DNA of 64,000 nt from the NCBI GenBank assembly GCA_964036045.1, contig OZ038378.1, forward strand, positions 76,880,001-76,944,000, given 5' to 3'. Both the position numbers and the translations under genes were made by a program. Positions 59,560 through 64,000 of this stretch are shown piece after piece. The notes under the pieces are model-generated. The model saw nothing but the letters and a program-made list of their open reading frames with translations. It did not search any database and had not been told where the DNA came from. The stretch is from Eutreptiella sp. 'Long Island Sound 2002'. Lineage: Eukaryota; Protista; Euglenida. The first letter of the stretch is position 1. The number at the start of each line of letters is the position of its first letter.

Positions 59560-60570
59560 TGACCCCAAATTCCCACAGCTTCCTGTGTTGCAACCAGATG
59601 TGGAAAATGGGACAGAAACAAGGCCTACACATAAGATACTCAGTACGCGAGCAAGCGAGGCTAAGGCAACTGCGTAACCAGTGGTCAAATCCATTTGTTG
59701 ATATTGGTGATTGTCCACTGCTTTGTGTTATTTGCCCAGCTTACAAGAAACTTGCAAGAGCTGAGGGCAAAAAGTGGAGCAGAGCCAGCGGCAACGACGT
59801 GTGCAAGTTCTTTGCAGTGCGAGAGCACAAGAAAGTATGTATCTTGTGTTCTAGTGGTCTGTGTTTGCATACCGGTACCCATCATGTGCGCGTCAGGCGC
59901 TGGTTGCAGGTGAGTGACCCCCCGCCCCCCTTTTACCCAAGCTCTGCCCGGGCCTCGAAAAACACCAACACGACAATGGCAACTGTGAGCGACAGGGCGC
60001 ATGGTGTCCCTTATCCCAAAGCCACCAGAGGTCTGCGCAACACCATCAGCTTGAAGTGGTGGGTGGGTGGGTGGGTGGGGGGGGGGTTCCCTTCATGTAC
60101 TCAATGACTGCAACATCATCCTCATGCTCGCCCTTGATTGTAGCAGGTACATGCATCCATGCCCGAGAGCTTAGATATTCCGGTCATGGTCAGGTTACAC
60201 ATCACCATAGACCCCAATGCTATGACACGTTTAGATACACTTTTTCTGAGCTGGTATTGGCACAACAAGACCCCCTGTTCTAGACAAGGCCCGATTGATG
60301 CCCATGCCCACCACCTCCATCCCAATCGAGACGCAGCACACCAGTCGGCGACTGGTGTGGCACCACTGTTCGCCAGGCCACGCGGCGTTGTACGTCCAGC
60401 TGCTGGAAATGTCTGCAGGACGCCATCAACCACTGCTGGACGCCGTCACGCTTTTTCTTGCTCTGTTTCGAAGGATAATTCAGCACCAAAGTTGCAGCCC
60501 CAACGCATACCCTAAGCAACTTCTGCCCATTTCATTGTTCTGTGTACATTTTCCACTTTGTGCATATTCT
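59560..60570 (+). pseudogene. hAT-like transposase remnant (TTF-type Zn finger and HCxxH-like motif)
   Basis: W..F...LLCVIC...W..GN....REH resembles the TTF-type finger. Downstream ATGVAPLF..RGVV and FHCSV(Y) resemble DGA.M.G..GV and HCxxH. Heavily decayed. Confidence 0.35.
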
Positions 60571-60887
60571 CCATTGTACCCAATCGTGTATGTCCAGAAG
60601 GTCTGAAAGCAGAGTCTCATGCTAGGTTTGATCCCTGCTATCCAAACGAGCGCCCTACCGCTGGGTGCTGGGATTGTAAGGCATGATGGCGCCCACGAAT
60701 GCCAGTTTGGGTAGTCAAGGAAAAACAGCAGAAAACGCCCCTACAGGAACTGGAAGCGCGAACCTACAAAAAAAGCAATAGAAATTGCCGGGCAGTGAAA
60801 CCTAGACGGCCATCAACGACCACGTCTAAACGAGCCATGGCATGATACAAAGCCACGGGCGTAGTCGTATATTGTCGGCATGCAACA

Positions 60888-63800
60888 AGTTGAGAAGGGG
60901 GTTTGAGGTGTTGGCACTGGGTGAAATATGTTTTGAGGGCATGGGGGCAGTTAAAAAGGGGGTTTGAGGTGTTGGCATTGGGTGAAATGTGTTTTGAGGG
61001 CATGGGGGCAGTTGAAAAGGGGGTTTGAGGTGTTGGCACTGGGTGAAATGTGTTTTGAGGGCATGGGGGAGTTGCAAAGGGGGTTTGAGGTGTTGGCACT
61101 GGATGAAATGTGTTTTGAGGGCATGAGGGCAGTTGAAAAGGGGGTTTGAGGTGTTGACATTGGGCGAAATGTGTTTTGAGGGCATGGGGGCAGTTAAAAA
61201 GGGGGTTTGAGGTGTTGGCACTGGGTGAAATGTGTTTTGAGGGCATGGGGGCAGTTGAAAAGGGGGTTTGAGGTGTTGGCGTTGGATGAAATATGTTTTG
61301 AGGGCATGAGGGCAGTTGAAAAGGGGGTTTGAGGTGTTGGCACTGGGTGAAATGCGTTTTGAGGGCATGGGGGCAGTTGAAAAGGGGGTTTGAGGTGTTG
61401 GCACTGGGTGAAATATGTTTTGAGGGCATGGGGGCAGTTGAAAAGGGGGTGTGAGGTGTTGGCACTGGGTGTGAAATGCGTTTTGACGGCATGGGGGGAG
61501 TTGAAAAAGGGGTTTGAGGTGTTGGCACTAGGTGAAACATGTCTCCAGGGCATGGGGGCAGTTGAAAAGGGGGTTTGAGGTGTTCGCACTGTGTGAAATG
61601 TGTTTTCAGGGCATGGGGGCAGTTGAAAAGGGGGTGAGAGGTGTTGGCACTGTGTGAAATATGTTTTGAGTGCATGGGGGGAGTTGAAAAGGGTGTTGGA
61701 GGTGTTGGCATTGGGTGAAATGTGTTTTGAGGGCATGGGGCAGTTGAAAAGGGGGCGTGAGGTGTTGGCACCGTGTGAAATATGTTTTGAGGGCATGGGG
61801 GCAGTTGAAAAGGGGGTTTGAGGTGTTGGCATTGGGTGAAATGTGTTTTGAGGGCATGGGGGGAGTTGAAAAGGGGGTTTGAGGTGTTGGCACTGGGTGA
61901 AATATGTTTTGAGGGCATGGGGGCAGTTGAAAAGGGGGTTTGAGGTGTTGGCACTGGGTGAAATGCGTTTTGATGGTATGGGGGCAGTTGAAAAGGGGGT
62001 GTGAGGTGTTGGCACTGGGTGAAATGTGTTTGGAGGGCATGGGGGCAGTTGAAAAGGGGGTTTGAGGTGTTGGCACTGGGTGAAATATGTTTTGAGGGCA
62101 TGGGCTGAGTTGAAAAGGGGGTTTGAGGTGTTGGCACTGGGTGAAATATGTTTTGAGGGTATGGGGGGAGTTGAAAAGGGGGTTTGAGGTGTTGGCACTG
62201 GGTGAACTATGTTTTGAGGGCATGGGGGCAGTTGAAAAGGGGGTTTGAGGTGTTGGCACTGGGTGAAATTTGTTTTGAGGGCATGGGGGCAGTTGAAAAT
62301 GGGGTTTGAGGTGTTGGCACTGGGTGAAATATGTGTTGACGGCAGGGGGGCAGTTGAAAAGGGGGTTTGAGCTGTTGACACTGGGTGAAATGTGTTTTCA
62401 GGGCATACGGGCAGTTGAAAAGGGGGTTTGAGGTGTTGGCATTGGGTGAAATGTGTTTTGAGGGCATGGGGCAGTTGAAAAGGGGGTTTGAGGTGTTGGC
62501 ACTGTGTGAAATATGTTTTGAGGGCATGGGGGGAGTTGAAAAGGGGGTTTGAGGTGTTGGCATTGGGTGAAATGTGTTTTGAGGGCATGGGGGCAGTTGA
62601 AAAGGGGGTTTGAGGTGTTGGCATTGGGTGAAATATGTTTTGAGGGCATGGGGGGCAGTTGAAAAGGGGGTTTGAGGTGTTGGCATTGGGTGAAATGTGT
62701 TTTCAGGGCATGGGGGCAGTTGAAAAGGGGGTTTGAGGTGTTGGCACTGTGTGAAATATGTTTTGAGGGCATGGGGGGAGTTGAAAAGGTGGTTTGAGGT
62801 GTTGGCATTGGGTGAAATATGTTTTGAGGGTATGGGGGGAGTTGAAAAGGGGGTTTGAGGTGTTGGCACTGGGTGAAATATGTTTTGAGGGCATGGGGGG
62901 CAGTTGAAAAGGGGGTGTGAGCTGTTGGCACTGGGTGAAATGTGTTTGGAGGGCATGGGGGCAGTTGAAAAGGGGGTTTGAGGTGTTGGCATTGGGTGAA
63001 ATGTGTTTTGAGGGCATGGGGGCAGTTGCAAAGGGGGTTTGAGGTGTTGGCACTGTGTGAAATATGTTTTGAGGGCATGGGGGGAGTTGAAAAGGGGGTT
63101 TGAGGTGTTGGCACTGTGTGAAATATGTTTTGAGGGCATTGGGGGAGTTGAAAAGGGGGTTTGAGGTGTTGACACTGGGCGAAATTTGTTTTGAGGGCAT
63201 GGGGGCAGTTGAAAAGGGGGTTTGAGGTGTTGACACTGGGCGAAATTTGTTTTGAGGGCATGGGGGCAGTTGAAAAGGGGGTTTGAGGTGTTGGCACTGT
63301 GTGAAATATGTTTTGAGGGCATGGCGGGAGTTGAAAAGGGGGTTTGAGGTGTTGGCACTAGGTGAAATGTGTTTTGAGGGCATGGGGGCAGTTGAAAAGG
63401 GGGTTTTGAGGTGTTGGCACTGGGTGAAATATGTTTTGAGGGCATGGGGGCGGTTGAAAAGGGGGTTTGAGGTGTTGGCACTGGGTGAAATGTGTTTTGA
63501 GGGCATGGGGGCAGTTGAAAAGGGGGTTTGAGGTGTTGGCATTGGGTGAAATATGTTTTGAGGGCATGGGGGGCAGTTGAAAAGGGGGTTTGAGGTGTTG
63601 GCACTGGGTGAAATATGTTTTGAGGGCATGGGGGCAGTTGAAAAGGGGGTTCGAGGTGTTGGCACTGGGTGAAATGTGTTTTGAGGGCATGGGGGCAGTT
63701 GAAAAGGGGGTTTGAGGTGTTGGCACTGGGTGAAATGTGTTTTGAGGGCATGGGGGCAATTGAAAAGGGGGTTTGAGGTGTTGGCATTGGGTGAAATGTG

Positions 63801-64000
63801 TTTTGAGGGCATGGGGGCAGTTGAAAAGGGGGTTTGAGGTGTTGGCAGTGGGTGAAATGTGTTTGGAGGGCATGGGGTGGGTTGAAAAGGGGGTTTGAGG
63901 TGTTGGCACTGGGTGAAATATGTTTTGAGGGCATGGGGGCAATTGAAAAGGGGGTTTGAGGTGTTTGCATTGGGTGAAATGTGTTTTAAGGGCATGGGGG
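60888..64000 (+). repeat. ~61-bp tandem satellite, ~50 copies, continuing past the window end
   Basis: Unit gggtgaaatgtgttttgagggcatgggggcagttgaaaagggggtttgaggtgttggcact, 60-62 bp with homopolymer variation. The 61-aa periodicity of the minus-strand ORFs agrees. Confidence 0.98.

Noticed and set aside
60764-64000. Long Pro/His/Thr-rich minus-strand ORFs (up to 587 aa)
   Set aside because: They are translations of the 61-bp satellite (61-aa periodicity, frames swapping at homopolymer indels), not evidence of a gene.
1-64000. rRNA, bona fide tRNA genes, or viral hallmark genes (capsid, pPolB, packaging ATPase)
   Set aside because: None were recognisable by eye.

Overview
This is a eukaryotic, repeat-saturated 64-kb window. 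It has GT-AG introns, TTAGGG-containing repeats and many poly-C/G runs; the organism cannot be determined from sequence alone. Only two apparently intact host genes are visible: a ~190-aa coiled-coil ORF (707-1279) and a two-exon glutaredoxin/SH3BGR-like gene (48320-50978). The rest is nested, mostly decayed mobile DNA: a pogo-type DD35D transposon with TIRs (2863-4560), MULE-, hAT- and AlkB-like remnants, two APE-type LINE families (one near full length with EN-RT-RNase H and a poly-A tail, 27890-33141), MITE/foldback elements, a 46-bp minisatellite carrying a telomere-like motif, and a ~61-bp satellite running off the right end. The most striking structure is a ~6.3-kb element (37763-44056) encoding a Transib/RAG1-core-like DDE transposase. 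The element also carries a large two-exon cargo gene (GNAT-like + PhyH-like 2OG-Fe(II) dioxygenase + unknown domains + coiled coil), and 11-bp-phased TTCGCGCGAA palindrome arrays sit at each gene boundary and inside the intron. A very divergent paralogue of the cargo gene lies at 16263-19795 (minus strand). It has the same domain order and the same intron position and phase, but a different motif array (CTGGAACCCC) in the equivalent positions. All domain calls come from motifs read by eye; no database searches were run.
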